Positions 47,261-58,700 of a stretch of DNA of 64,000 bases are shown piece after piece. The DNA lies in assembly GCA_035623825.1 (NCBI GenBank), contig DASPSR010000020.1, positions 81,978 through 145,977 of the forward strand, written 5' to 3'. Position numbers and translations under genes: made by a program. Within the stretch, counting starts at the first letter, position 1, and every line of letters starts with the position of its first letter. Source of the stretch: Nitrospirota bacterium. Its GTDB lineage: Bacteria > Nitrospirota > UBA9217. The notes under the pieces were generated by a model. It was not told the DNA's origin, ran no database searches, and worked only from the letters and a program-made list of their open reading frames with translations.

Positions 47261-48520
47261 CTACCTCGCCGGGATTATGACCGTAAATTCGGTTCCCTTT
47301 CCTTCTGCGCTCTCCACCTCGAGGCGGCCTCCGTGTGAGAGAACTATCTTGTGCACAAGCGCCAACCCAAGACCTACGCCCTTGTCTTTGGTCGTAAAAA
47401 ACGGAAGGAATATTTTCTTGATCGTGTCTTGAGGAATCCCCGTGCCCGTATCCGCTATCGCCACGGTGAGGTTCTTCCCGCCGCGTGCTTCGATGGTCAA
47501 CGTCCCTCCGTCCGGCATGGCTTCAACGGCATTCTGGAAGAGGTTGGAAAAGGCCTGCCGCATGAGTCCTTCGTCGAGCTGGACCTCCACGTCATCCAGT
47601 GCCAAGACCGTCGAAATCTTTGCATCAGCGCTCCTTGCCTGGAGCACGTTAAAAAGGCAGCCCTCGATTAATTCTTTGATCTGTACGCTGATCCGGTTGA
47701 TCGAAGCAGGCCGCGCGAACGTCAACAGGTCTCCGATGATCCGGTTCATGCCGTTGATCTCGGACGTGATATCACGGATGATGGCCTGACTCGCAGGGTC
47801 GACTTTTTTTGACAGCAAATTGACGTAGCCGGAGATGACGGCCATTGGGTTTCTAAGCTCATGGGCTATGCCGGCCGACATTTCACCGAGCGCCGTAAGA
47901 CGTTCCTTGAGCTCCATCTGCTCCTGCAGCCGCTTCACCTCGGTAAGGTCCGAGAATGAAAGGATAACGCCGATTGCCTCGCTTTGCCGGTCGGCGAGGA
48001 CCGCGGTGTGGAACCCGAGCCATGCCTTGCCTTGCGGCCGGTCCAGTGTGGTCTCCATCCTCGTCGACGGTAGTTTCCCATCCATCGTATCCCGCACTGC
48101 CCTGCAGATGGCGCCATCGCCGAAAATGTCCTTGCAATTCTTGCCGGATGCCTGTGCCCTGCTAATGCCCAGTGTGTCCTCAGCGGAACGGTTGATCGTG
48201 CTTACCATGCCGTTCCGGTCAAAGGTCATGACACCGCTCGTGACGCATTGCAGGATGTTTTCGTTATAGCTCTCTACGTTCTCGGCGTGCTGTTCCGCAA
48301 GCGACTTGAGTCGTTCGAGCTCCTTTTCTTTTTCCTTGAGCTGCTTCGTTACTTCATGGAACGCGTTGATGATGAATGCTGTCTCGGTCGTTTTCTCGCG
48401 TTCCTCTTTCAGGATGCCGAGTTCACGGCGATAGCGGCGGGCAACGCTCCAGAGCAGGGCCGCTCCCGCAAGAACGATGAAAAAGCCGAGGAGCAGTATG
48501 AAAAAAGATTGCGTGGTCAT
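47261..48520 (-). CDS. PAS-domain sensor histidine kinase
   Basis: IAHELRNP, NAVEAM, DTGTGI, PFFTTK..GVGLGL. Confidence 0.93.
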   Translation of the reverse strand: MTTQSFFILLLGFFIVLAGAALLWSVARRYRRELGILKEEREKTTETAFIINAFHEVTKQLKEKEKELERLKSLAEQHAENVESYNENILQCVTSGVMTFDRNGMVSTINRSAEDTLGISRAQASGKNCKDIFGDGAICRAVRDTMDGKLPSTRMETTLDRPQGKAWLGFHTAVLADRQSEAIGVILSFSDLTEVKRLQEQMELKERLTALGEMSAGIAHELRNPMAVISGYVNLLSKKVDPASQAIIRDITSEINGMNRIIGDLLTFARPASINRISVQIKELIEGCLFNVLQARSADAKISTVLALDDVEVQLDEGLMRQAFSNLFQNAVEAMPDGGTLTIEARGGKNLTVAIADTGTGIPQDTIKKIFLPFFTTKDKGVGLGLALVHKIVLSHGGRLEVESAEGKGTEFTVIIPAR

Positions 48521-49344
48521 AGCCGGATTAGGCCCAGGTACCAGGATATGATATCGCTACCGTAGAATGCAGTCGCAACAGCGCCGAGAGCAAGGAAGGG
48601 TCCGAAGGGGATTACCCGGTCGACCGTGCGCCGTTTCAGTGCTATGAGCGTAAGTCCGACCAGTGAGCCGACAAAGGCTCCCAGCATGATGGTGAGGAGC
48701 GCTCCTTTCCATCCGACGAAGCTCCCGACCATACCCATCAGCTTCACGTCTCCACCCCCCATGGCTTCGACGTGTCTGAGCTTTTCCCAGACCCACCCGA
48801 TGGACAGGAGCGGCAGCGCGCCGCATATCATGCCGATCACCGAATTCAGGAAGCTCTTCAGATGCGGCCATATATGCGGCAGGAGCCGGTCGATATCGAA
48901 TGGAAGCGGGTCCGTCAGCGCAGAAACGAAGAATGGCGCGATCGAGACGCCGACAAGTATCCCCGGGAGCGTGATAACATCCGGGATGATCTGGAAATCG
49001 ATATCGATGAAGGTGATGACGATGAGAGACGAGCAGAACGCCATCATGAGAAACGCCTCTCCGCTGATCCAGAATTCATTCACAATCAATGCGTAGAACA
49101 GGCCGTTCATGAGCTCAACGAGCGGATACCGCCACGAAATGGGCTCGCCGCAGTTTCTGCATTTGCCGCGGAGAATGAGAAAACTGACGAGCGGAATATT
49201 GTCGTAGAATCTTATTCGTGTCTTGCATTGCGGACAGTGCGAGGGAGGCGAGACCAGGGAACGGCCGCGCGGCAGGCGCACGATTGCGACGTTCAAGAAG
49301 CTGCCGATGATAAGGCCAAAAAGAAAGAACATGGCCGTGATCAT
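48517..49344 (-). CDS. pilD: Prepilin peptidase/N-methyltransferase
   Basis: GSFLNV, SHCPQC, GKCRNC, MGGGDVKL, IPFGPFL. Confidence 0.95.
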   Translation of the reverse strand: MITAMFFLFGLIIGSFLNVAIVRLPRGRSLVSPPSHCPQCKTRIRFYDNIPLVSFLILRGKCRNCGEPISWRYPLVELMNGLFYALIVNEFWISGEAFLMMAFCSSLIVITFIDIDFQIIPDVITLPGILVGVSIAPFFVSALTDPLPFDIDRLLPHIWPHLKSFLNSVIGMICGALPLLSIGWVWEKLRHVEAMGGGDVKLMGMVGSFVGWKGALLTIMLGAFVGSLVGLTLIALKRRTVDRVIPFGPFLALGAVATAFYGSDIISWYLGLIRL

Positions 49345-49709
49345 TCGACGGTGTCCTCCTTCTGAGCCGGTTCGGGCCTGAATGCCGACTGTTCGTTCTC
49401 GATCTGCCCGTTCAGATCCTCAAGGTCTTTTTTCCGCGCCACGATCTCGGCAAGCGCGGCGGCGATGTCCTCGTCCTTTAACAGTTGCTCGCCTGCCTTC
49501 GGTATCGCCGCCCTGTTGGCGAGTTCAACGACCCTGCGACCGATCATCCGGTGCAGTTCGTCTATCCGGGACCGGACTTCGTCAAGCCTGATCCGCAGCC
49601 TGACGATGGCGATCTCTGCCTTGACCCGTTCTGCGAAGATTGCCGCGATGGCGGCTATCTTCCGGGCGCCCCTTTCCAGATTTACTGCGGCTCTTTCCCA
49701 GATGGCCAT
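49341..49709 (-). CDS. Hypothetical coiled-coil protein
   Basis: 122-aa ORF with GGAG SD, stop overlapping pilD start. Confidence 0.7.
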   Translation of the reverse strand: MAIWERAAVNLERGARKIAAIAAIFAERVKAEIAIVRLRIRLDEVRSRIDELHRMIGRRVVELANRAAIPKAGEQLLKDEDIAAALAEIVARKKDLEDLNGQIENEQSAFRPEPAQKEDTVE

Positions 49710-49812
49710 TCTCCAACCTCAAAAGGATGCTTTTTCAAGCCGTTCCGCGTTCGCCGTCATCAACCGGTGACACGTCGTTTCAGCCCTACTTTAACAGAAT
49801 ACCATGAAAATA

Positions 49813-52266
49813 TCAACCTACGCTGATGAGACCGATTCTCCCCTTCCATTTCCGCTTGAGGAGTTCCCGGAGCCGGGGATAGCTTGCGAGCGCCGGCCCC
49901 TGGTCAATGAGCGCGAACGCCTCGATCCGGGCTTTTTCGAGAAGGTCGGCGTCGCGGAGGATGTTTGCGGCTCGGAGATCGGGCAGGCCGGACTGCCGTG
50001 TGCCGAAGAACTCTCCGGGTCCGCGCAATCGGAGGTCCTCTTCTGCGATTTTGAACCCGTCGTTGGTTCGCGAAAAAGCGTTGAGTCGTTCCCTCGCCTC
50101 TTCCGCGAACATCCTCGGACCCATGAGGATACAGTAGGACTGATGACCGCCTCGTCCTACCCTGCCCCGCAATTGATGGAGCTGAGCGAGGCCAAAACGC
50201 TCGGGGTGCTCGATGACCATGACCGTGGCATTCGGCACGTCCACACCGACCTCGATCACCGTGGTTGTGACGAGGAGGCGCGTCTCGCCTGATTTAAAGG
50301 AGGCCATGACCGCTTCCTTCGCTTCTGCCTTCATTCTCCCGTGAAGGAGCCCGACCTTCCAGGACGGGAAAACGTCTTTTTGTAAATGAGCGGCCATCTC
50401 TGTTGCGGCCTTGAGGTCGCTCTTCTCGGTCTCCTCCACAAGTGGATAGACCACATACACCTGCCTTCCCTTCTTGAGCTCGGTTTCGACGAATTGGTTT
50501 GCCTCCCGTCGCCTGCTCTCGAAATACAGCCGCGTGATGATCGGGCTTCTTCCGGGCGGGAGTTCGTTGATCACGGACACATCGAGATCGCCATAGACCG
50601 TGAGGGCAAGTGTCCGCGGGATGGGTGTGGCCGTCATCACGAGAACGTCCGGCTCATATCCCTTCGACGTGAGAGTGGAACGCTGAAGTACTCCGAAACG
50701 GTGCTGTTCATCGATGATGGCCAGACCGAGTCGATGGAATTTCACGTTCTGTTCAATGAGAGCGTGCGTCCCGATCACGAGCTGCGCCATGCCAGATTCG
50801 ATCTTGGCGAGCAGCGCCTCTTTTTCCTTCTTTTTTGTGCTGCCCGTGAGCAAACCTACCGAAACTCCGAGGGGCAAGGCCATTGCGGTGATATTTTTAG
50901 AGTGCTGTTCCGCGAGGATCTCCGTCGGAGCCATGACGCACGCCTGGTACCCGTTTTCCACCGCCACGAGCGATGCAATCATGGCCACGATGGTCTTGCC
51001 GCACCCCACGTCTCCCTGGATCAAGCGGTTCATGGGGCGGTCTGCTGTCATGTCCTTCTTGATCTCCGCGATGACCCGTTCTTGCGCATTCGTCAGTTTG
51101 TAGGGCAGGTTCGTTCTGAGCTCTGTTTCGAGTCTTCCGATCGGATTGAACGAGATACCTTTCTTTTCGACCGTCACGCCGCGCTTCCTGAGTGCAAGGC
51201 CCAGTTCAAGTAAAAACAGCTCTTCGAAGCTCAGCCGGCGATGCGCCACGCTCGCTCCGCGGTTCAAGACGGTGATGTCTTTTTCGCTCGTTGGAAAGTG
51301 GACTTCGGACAGTGCACTCGCAGCGGGCATAAGGGAGTATTTCTTTATAAGGTAATCCGGCAAAGCCTCAGGCACAGCAGCGCAGCTGGAGTCGAGGATG
51401 GTCTTCATCATGCTCCGCAGGTAGCGAACGGACAGTCCTGAGGTCGTTCGGTAAATGGGGACTGTCCTTCCGGTATGGATCAGGTTATCGGCATCGTCAT
51501 CGTCCATGATTTCGTAATCAGGGTTATCGATCTGCGGGATTCCGCCTTTATACGGATTGGATTTAACGATGCCCGAGAGGATCACTTTCTGGCCAGGCTT
51601 GAATGTTTTTTTCATGAACGGCTGATTGAACCACGAGCCGATGAGCATTCCGCTTTTGTCGGTGATCGCGAGTTCGAAGACCTTCACCCGCTTCCGCTTG
51701 GTGGACACAACCTCGGCCGATACCACCTCGCCCGCCACAGTCTCGTAGGTCCCAAACGTTAGTCGGCCGATCTTTTTGAGGTTCCCCCGGTCCTCGTAAC
51801 GCCGGGGAAGATACGAAAGCGCGTCTTCGACCGTGGCGATGCCGAGTTTTTTCAGCATCTGCGCCCGTTTAGGACCGATGCCCTTGCAGAATTGCACTGA
51901 AGTGTCAGGGTTGACGGTTGCAACGAGCGAATTTTCCGTTGATGGACGCAGCGCTGCAGGCTCCGGCGAGGGAGCTTTACCCTCGTGATCAGCGTATTCT
52001 TGCTCGCGTTCAACTGCATCGATCAATTTTGTTGCCGTCAGAACACGCTCTTTCTTCTGTTCCGGGGTGAGGTTATCGAAGCCGGTGAACAGTTTTTCTA
52101 TTTCGGTTATGCCGTGATGCCATGCGGCGGCCCGTTTCAATTCTTCCACCTGCGACCGGATGAACTGCTCCATGGCTGCAAGGCTCTTTACATGCGCAAA
52201 GTTGTCCCTGGCGGCAAAGGCAAGCGGTTTCCTGATTCTGTCGAGGATGGTCTTGAAGTCGTCCAT
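49813..52266 (-). CDS. recG: ATP-dependent DNA helicase RecG
   Basis: QGDVGCGKT, DEQHRFG, MTATPIPR, QLHQLRGRVGRG. Confidence 0.96.
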   Translation of the reverse strand: MDDFKTILDRIRKPLAFAARDNFAHVKSLAAMEQFIRSQVEELKRAAAWHHGITEIEKLFTGFDNLTPEQKKERVLTATKLIDAVEREQEYADHEGKAPSPEPAALRPSTENSLVATVNPDTSVQFCKGIGPKRAQMLKKLGIATVEDALSYLPRRYEDRGNLKKIGRLTFGTYETVAGEVVSAEVVSTKRKRVKVFELAITDKSGMLIGSWFNQPFMKKTFKPGQKVILSGIVKSNPYKGGIPQIDNPDYEIMDDDDADNLIHTGRTVPIYRTTSGLSVRYLRSMMKTILDSSCAAVPEALPDYLIKKYSLMPAASALSEVHFPTSEKDITVLNRGASVAHRRLSFEELFLLELGLALRKRGVTVEKKGISFNPIGRLETELRTNLPYKLTNAQERVIAEIKKDMTADRPMNRLIQGDVGCGKTIVAMIASLVAVENGYQACVMAPTEILAEQHSKNITAMALPLGVSVGLLTGSTKKKEKEALLAKIESGMAQLVIGTHALIEQNVKFHRLGLAIIDEQHRFGVLQRSTLTSKGYEPDVLVMTATPIPRTLALTVYGDLDVSVINELPPGRSPIITRLYFESRRREANQFVETELKKGRQVYVVYPLVEETEKSDLKAATEMAAHLQKDVFPSWKVGLLHGRMKAEAKEAVMASFKSGETRLLVTTTVIEVGVDVPNATVMVIEHPERFGLAQLHQLRGRVGRGGHQSYCILMGPRMFAEEARERLNAFSRTNDGFKIAEEDLRLRGPGEFFGTRQSGLPDLRAANILRDADLLEKARIEAFALIDQGPALASYPRLRELLKRKWKGRIGLISVG

Positions 52267-52423
52267 AGGCGATGTCCTGAACAATATTAGATTATTTTCG
52301 ATAATTTGTCGAGGAAAAGTGAAGCGGGAGGGCTAGCTATGCCGCATGCGGGCGTTGATCAATGCGGACTCGTTGCTTCGGGATCATATTTCATCAAATG
52401 ACAGTCCGTGTTCTGATGGTCAG

Positions 52424-53653
52424 TCACTCATAGCGCAGCGCATCGATCGGGTTGAGCAAAGAGGCCTTGAAAGCTGGATAAAATCCGAAAAAGATCCCAA
52501 TGAAGCCTGAAAAACTGAACGCCAGAAGAATGGAAAGAGCGGAAACGACGGTGGGCCAGCCCGAGAGGGACGAAAGGACCAGCGAAGTGGACACGCCGAC
52601 AATGATCCCGATGACGCCGCCGATGAGGGAGAGGGTAAGCGCCTCTATGATGAACTGCAGCCGTATGTCCCAGGTCTTCGCGCCGATGGCCATGCGGATG
52701 CCTATTTCGCGCGTTCGCTCCGTGACTGACACAAGCATGATGTTCATGATCCCGATCCCGCCGACCAGGAGTGAGACGGAAGCGATCGCCCCGAGGAGCA
52801 GGGTCATCACCTTGGAGGACTGCTCCGCGGCCTGCATGATTTGAGTGAGGTTCCGCACGGTAAAATCATTATCTTGTTTCTGGCCGATGTGGTGTCTCTG
52901 CCTCAACAGATCGGTTATCTGTTTTTCGGCCGGAGATAGATCTTCCGCACTCTTGGCTTTGACCATGATGATCCTGACCATGCCCGGAAACTGGGTCCCG
53001 AAAAGCTTCTTCTGCGACGTCGTGACCGGGATATAAATCGCGTCATCCTGGTCCTGCCCTTGGGGCGATTGCCCCTTTGGCGCAAGTACGCCGATCACAG
53101 TAAAGGGAACGTTCTTGATCCGGATCGTCTGTCCTACAGGATTCTGGTCCCCGAATAGATTATCCACAACCGTCTGGCCGAGCAGGGCGACCTTGGTCGC
53201 ACTCTTCACATCCTGATCAGTAAAGGGTCGGCCGGAAGCTAGCGGCCAATCCCGAACCGCCAACATGCCCGGTGTCGTCCCTGTCACGCCGGTGGACCAG
53301 TTCTGGTGTCCGAAAACGATCTGCGCGACTCCTCCGAGGACAGGGGCTACCTCCTGTACCGCCGGGCACTCTTTCACGATGGCATCATTGTCGCCCATGG
53401 AGAGCGTGGGTTGCGTGCCTGCCCCCATCCTGACGCCGCCAGCAGACGTAGAGCCCGGAAGGATTATGAGGAGGTTGCTACCCATGCTCGATATCTGTTC
53501 GGAGATCTGCTGGCTTGCACCGGAGCCCACCGCGACCATGGCTATGACCGCGCCTACACCGATGATGATGCCGAGCATGGTGAGAGCGGAACGCATCTTG
53601 TTGACCCAGAGGGCTCGAAAAGATATTTTTATGGTTGAGGGAATATTGATCAT
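52424..53653 (-). CDS. MacB-type ABC transporter permease
   Basis: RSALTMLGIIIGV, GGIGIMNIMLVSVTERTREIGIR, PIDALRYE. Confidence 0.93.
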   Translation of the reverse strand: MINIPSTIKISFRALWVNKMRSALTMLGIIIGVGAVIAMVAVGSGASQQISEQISSMGSNLLIILPGSTSAGGVRMGAGTQPTLSMGDNDAIVKECPAVQEVAPVLGGVAQIVFGHQNWSTGVTGTTPGMLAVRDWPLASGRPFTDQDVKSATKVALLGQTVVDNLFGDQNPVGQTIRIKNVPFTVIGVLAPKGQSPQGQDQDDAIYIPVTTSQKKLFGTQFPGMVRIIMVKAKSAEDLSPAEKQITDLLRQRHHIGQKQDNDFTVRNLTQIMQAAEQSSKVMTLLLGAIASVSLLVGGIGIMNIMLVSVTERTREIGIRMAIGAKTWDIRLQFIIEALTLSLIGGVIGIIVGVSTSLVLSSLSGWPTVVSALSILLAFSFSGFIGIFFGFYPAFKASLLNPIDALRYE

Positions 53654-53770
53654 ACATTAGATAAAGCATAAATTCTGAATTATCAAATATGTACTCAGTT
53701 CAAATGCTGATAATTTCGATTTTTGCGTTAAGATCCGTGATTTTCCTCTCTTGACCCTGATCGGGGCGTG

Positions 53771-54487
53771 TCATCTCTTCACAAATCTGTCAATACTTTT
53801 TCCCTCACCGGACTCGTCACTCACGATACGACCGTCAAGGAATTTTATTATCCTATCGCTGTACGCCGCTATGTCCGGCTCGTGGGTTACCAGTATGACC
53901 GTGATGTGAGCATCACGGTTCAGCTTCACGAAAAGCTCCATGATCTCAACGCTCGTCTTTGTGTCGAGATTGCCCGTGGGTTCGTCGGCGAGGATGATGG
54001 GCGCCTCGTTCACGAGCGCCCGGGCAATGGCGACCCGCTGCTGCTGGCCGCCTGAAAGCTGATTCGGGTGGTGGCCTTCCCTTCCTTCGAGGCCGACGTT
54101 CTTGAGCGCCGCCATCGCACGCTCCTGTCGTTCGCGCGCCGCATGCCCGTCGTAAAGCAAGGGAAGTTCTACATTCTCAATGGCAGTGGTCCTCGAGAGC
54201 AGGTTGAACCCCTGGAACACAAAGCCGATCTTTTTGTTGCGTATCTCGGCGAGTTCGTCTCGAGAGAGCCGGCCCACGTCCGTTCCTTCCAAAAGATAGG
54301 TCCCGCCCGTGGGCTGGTCGAGGCAGCCCAGGATATTCATGAACGTGGACTTGCCCGAGCCCGATGGGCCCATAATAGCGACAAATTCTCCCTTGACTAT
54401 GGTCGTGGAAACCGACCTCAACACTTCCAGATCGATATCGCCGAGATGATACACCTTGGAGACATCGCGTGCTTCGATAAGCGCCAT
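53771..54487 (-). CDS. MacB/LolD-type ABC ATP-binding protein
   Basis: [26 protein letters not shown]. Confidence 0.95.
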   Translation of the reverse strand: MALIEARDVSKVYHLGDIDLEVLRSVSTTIVKGEFVAIMGPSGSGKSTFMNILGCLDQPTGGTYLLEGTDVGRLSRDELAEIRNKKIGFVFQGFNLLSRTTAIENVELPLLYDGHAARERQERAMAALKNVGLEGREGHHPNQLSGGQQQRVAIARALVNEAPIILADEPTGNLDTKTSVEIMELFVKLNRDAHITVILVTHEPDIAAYSDRIIKFLDGRIVSDESGEGKSIDRFVKR

Positions 54488-54488
54488 A

Positions 54489-55655
54489 CTAGAACATCCT
54501 TGGAGCGGCGGTGGCAGGTCCCTTGCCTTTTCGCAAGGCTTCTACAATGATTTGTTCCCCTTCTTTTAAATCACCCGAGATAACTTCGGTGTAGTTCCCG
54601 TCGCTGATGCCCAGCGAGATCACCACGCGTTTTGGCTTCCCGTTCTCGAGTGCCCAGACCACAGGTCCCTTCTTCGCGCCTGCTCCCGTCGCGGCTGCGG
54701 GCTTTTCAGACAGCCGAAACCGCAACGCCGCATTCGTGATCCTGAGCACACCATGCTTTGTTGAAACGATGATCGAGACATTGGCCGTCATCCCGGGCAT
54801 CAGCCTGAGGTCGCGATTATTCACCTGGATCACCACGTCGTAAGTCACGACGTTTTGCACTATGATCGGCGCCTGTCTGATCTGCCACACCTTCCCGTGG
54901 AACGTGGTATCGGGATAAGCGTCCACAGTGAATTCCACGTCCTGCCCCAATTTCACCACCCCGATATCCGACTCTGCCACGTTTGTGTCGATCTGCATCT
55001 TAGTAAGGTCCTCGGCGATAGCGAACAGCGTGGGAGTCTGGAAGCTTGCGGCAACGGTCTGTCCCACGTCGACGTTCCGTGATATCACGACGCCATCGAC
55101 CGGGGAGAGGATCTTCGTGTATTCGAGGTTCTGTTTGGCATATTCAAGCGAAGCCTTGGCCTGTTCGATCTGTGCTTTGGCCGAGTCAACCTGAGCCTTG
55201 TCGGTCTCGTATGTCGTCTCCGCTGTGTCCAGATCGCTTTGCGCTATGAGGCTTTTTGATAACAGCTCTGTGTTCCGATCAAACGTCCTTTTGTCATTCG
55301 TGAGCGCGGTCTGTGACTTTTCAAGGTTTGCCTGAGCGGAAAGCAGGTTTGCCTGCGCCTGCTGAACCTGTGACTCGAACGTTGCGGGGTCGATCTGCGC
55401 GATAAGCTGCCCCTTCTTCACGCGTGAATTGAAATCCACATAGAGCGTTTTTATCGTCCCTGAAACCTGCGTGCCGACCTGGACGTTTGTTACCGCGTTG
55501 ACCGTTCCTGTTGCCGTCACGGTCTGCTGGATATCGCCCCTGGTCACAGGGTCGGTCCTGTATTCCTGGCCATCCCCTTTATGGCCGAATACGAGGATCG
55601 CAACTACGGCCAGGACCACAACTATAGCCGAAGCGATTACTATCTTCTTTTTCAT
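54489..55655 (-). CDS. MacA-like periplasmic adaptor
   Basis: VGTQVSG, VGQTVAASFQTPTLF, ESDIG. Confidence 0.9.
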   Translation of the reverse strand: MKKKIVIASAIVVVLAVVAILVFGHKGDGQEYRTDPVTRGDIQQTVTATGTVNAVTNVQVGTQVSGTIKTLYVDFNSRVKKGQLIAQIDPATFESQVQQAQANLLSAQANLEKSQTALTNDKRTFDRNTELLSKSLIAQSDLDTAETTYETDKAQVDSAKAQIEQAKASLEYAKQNLEYTKILSPVDGVVISRNVDVGQTVAASFQTPTLFAIAEDLTKMQIDTNVAESDIGVVKLGQDVEFTVDAYPDTTFHGKVWQIRQAPIIVQNVVTYDVVIQVNNRDLRLMPGMTANVSIIVSTKHGVLRITNAALRFRLSEKPAAATGAGAKKGPVVWALENGKPKRVVISLGISDGNYTEVISGDLKEGEQIIVEALRKGKGPATAAPRMF

Positions 55656-55729
55656 GCGGTCACCGTTCCATCCCACTGCAGCATCGAGTTCGCACGGATG
55701 CTATGCGCCTCCAGCCGAATACCGTTGCG

Positions 55730-58700
55730 TCACGTGCCAACCACTTCTCCCCGCGGCCGGAATATGGCAAGCTTGCCGAATCGCTTTTGAAATGTGTCCA
55801 TATACGTATAGATCACCGGCGTAATATAGAGGGTCAGCAGCTGCGAAAAGACCAGGCCGCCAACCACGGCGAGACCGAGCGGCCGCCGTGCCTCTGCCCC
55901 GGCCCCGAACCCGATCGCAATCGGCAGCGTTCCCATGAGGGCGGCCATAGTGGTCATCATGATCGGCCGGAACCTGATGAGGGCTCCCTCGTAGATAGCA
56001 TCTGAGGGGCTCTTTCCTTCCTTGCGTTCGGCCTCGAGGGCGAAATCTATCATCATGATGGCGTTCTTCTTTACTATGCCGATAAGCATGATGACGCCCA
56101 CGTATCCGTAGATATTGAGCTCCTTGCCGAAGAGCAAGAGGGTCATCAATGCTCCGACCCCTGCGGCGGGAAGGCCGGAGAGGATCGTGAGGGGATGGAT
56201 AAAGCTCTCATACAGGATGCCAAGCACGATGTAGATGACCAGGATCGCGATGATCAGCAGGATGATTATGCCCTGTTTTGATGACTGGAACGCCTGGGCC
56301 GTTCCCTGAAAGCTGGTGCTGATGGTCGCCGGAAGCGTGGCTCTGGCTGCCTTGTCAACAATAGGCACGGCTTCACTAAGGGATACTCCCGGTGCGAGGT
56401 TGAAAGATATCGTTACCGCCGGGAGCTGCCCCAGATGGTTCACGAGGAGCGGTCCCATGCCGACGGAGGGTTTCGTGACCACATTGAGCGGTACCAGCTT
56501 CCCCGATGACGAGCGGACGTACAGCATGGTCAACGAAGAAGGGTCCATCTGGTACTGGGGCAGAAGCTCCATGATGACCTGATACTGGTTAGTAGGGGCA
56601 AGAATGGTAGATATCTGGAGCGTGCTGTAGGCCGTGCTGAGCGCATTTTCGATCTGCTGCGCCGAGACGCCCAGGGCTGCTGCCTTATCGCGGTCGATCT
56701 CGAGGTTCACCTGCGGGTTTTTTATCTGGAGGTCGCTGTTCACGTCCTGCAGTTGCGGAAGCGCACGCAGCTTCGCTTCAAGGACCGGGGCGACTCTGTA
56801 CAGTTCATCCGTGTCCGGGCCCTGGAGCGTATATTGATACAGGCTCTTCGTAAGCTGTCCGCCGATTCTGATGGGCGGCAGGTTCTGCATGAACATCTTG
56901 ATGCCGACTACGCCCGCTGTCTTTTTCCGCAGTTCCTGGATTATCTCGTCCGCGCTCAATTTGCGCTCCGATCGAGGTATCAACCTCATGAATATCCTTC
57001 CGGTGTTTGCCGAAGCGTTCGGGCCGCTCGCGCCGATGCTCGACATGAAGGCCTCTATATTCGGATCTTGAGCGATTATTTCCATAAGTTCTTTTTGGTG
57101 TCTGGCCATGTCGTCAAATGAAATTCCCTGCTGCGCCTCGGTAAAGGCGAAGATCTGGCCGGTATCCTCGGTCGGGAGAAATCCTTGAGGCATCACCCAG
57201 AACAGGAGAATTGTTAATACTAGAAGCGCGTTGGTGACGATGAGGGTCGCAACGCGGTGCTTGAGCACCCACTGGAGGCTATGCTCATAGATCTTCAATA
57301 TGCCGTCAAAAAAACGCTCCAATATTATATAGAACCTGCCGTGTCGCTCCGGTCCCACATGACGGAGGAAGCGGCTGCAGAGCATAGGCGTAAGAGTAAG
57401 AGAAACGACGCCTGAGACCAGGATGGAGACGCTGATCACGACGGCGAATTCATGAAGGAGACGGCCCATGATGCCGGACATGAACATCACCGGGATAAAA
57501 ACCGCCACGAGCGAGAGGGTCATGGAGAGGATTGTGAATCCTATTTCCTTCGAGCCGTTAAGCGCTGCCTGCAGCACAGGCTCGCCTTTTTCCATGTGGC
57601 GGACGATGTTTTCGAGCATGACAATGGCGTCGTCCACTACGAACCCGACGGCAAGGATCATGGCCATAAGCGAGAGATTGTCCACGCTGAAATCGAGCAG
57701 GTACATCGCAGTGAAGGTGCCGATGATAGAAACCGGGAGCGCCAGGCTCGGGATGATCGTAGCCGAGAGGTTGCGTAAAAACAGGAAAATCACCAGGACG
57801 ACGAGCCCTATGGCGAGGACCAGCGTGAACTTGACGTCGGCAACCGATTCCCGTATGGAGACGGAACGGTCGTAGATGACGTCCAAGTTCACCGATGCCG
57901 GCATCTGCTTGCGGAACATGGGCAGGAGGGCCTTGATGGAGTCCACCACCTCAACGGTATTCGTGCCGGGCTGACGCTGAATGGCCAGTATTACGGACCG
58001 ACTGCTCGCTTTTCCAATATTGTACCAGCTTGCGATCTTGTCGTTCTCGACGCTGTCGATGACCCTGCCAATTTCCCGGAGCCGCACGGGATTGCCGTTG
58101 CGGAAGGTGACGATGAGCGGTCTGTATGCCTCCGCGTTCATGAGCTGGCCGCTCGCCTGTATGGTGAATGACTTGGACGACCCCTGCAGGGTTCCGGTCG
58201 GCAGGTCCACGTTCCCGTTCGCGACGGCATTCGATACTTCATCGATGCCGATGCCGCGTGTGGCGAGGGCGCGCGGGTCGAGTTGGGTACGGACCGCATA
58301 CTTCTGGGAACCGAGGATCTGCACCTGGGCCACGCCGCTTATCATCGAAATCCGCTGTGCGATCATGGTATCGGCATATTCGTTGACCGTTGAGAGCGGG
58401 AGCGTCGGAGAATTAAGCGAGAGATAGAGAATGGGCTGGTCCGCGGGATTGACCTTTTGGTACGTCGGCGGCGTCGGCATGGTCGGCGGCAGCAGTTTCG
58501 CTGCCTTGGCGATCATGGCCTGGACGTCCTGGGCGGCGGCATCGATGTTCCGGCTGAGGCTGAACGTCAGCGTTATGTTCGTGATTCCGAGCGCGTTCAC
58601 GGACGTCATGGAATCGAGACCTGCAATAGTGGAGAACTGACGCTCTAGCGGCGTTGCCACGGACGAAGCCATGGTTTCAGGGCTCGCTCCGGGGAGCGAG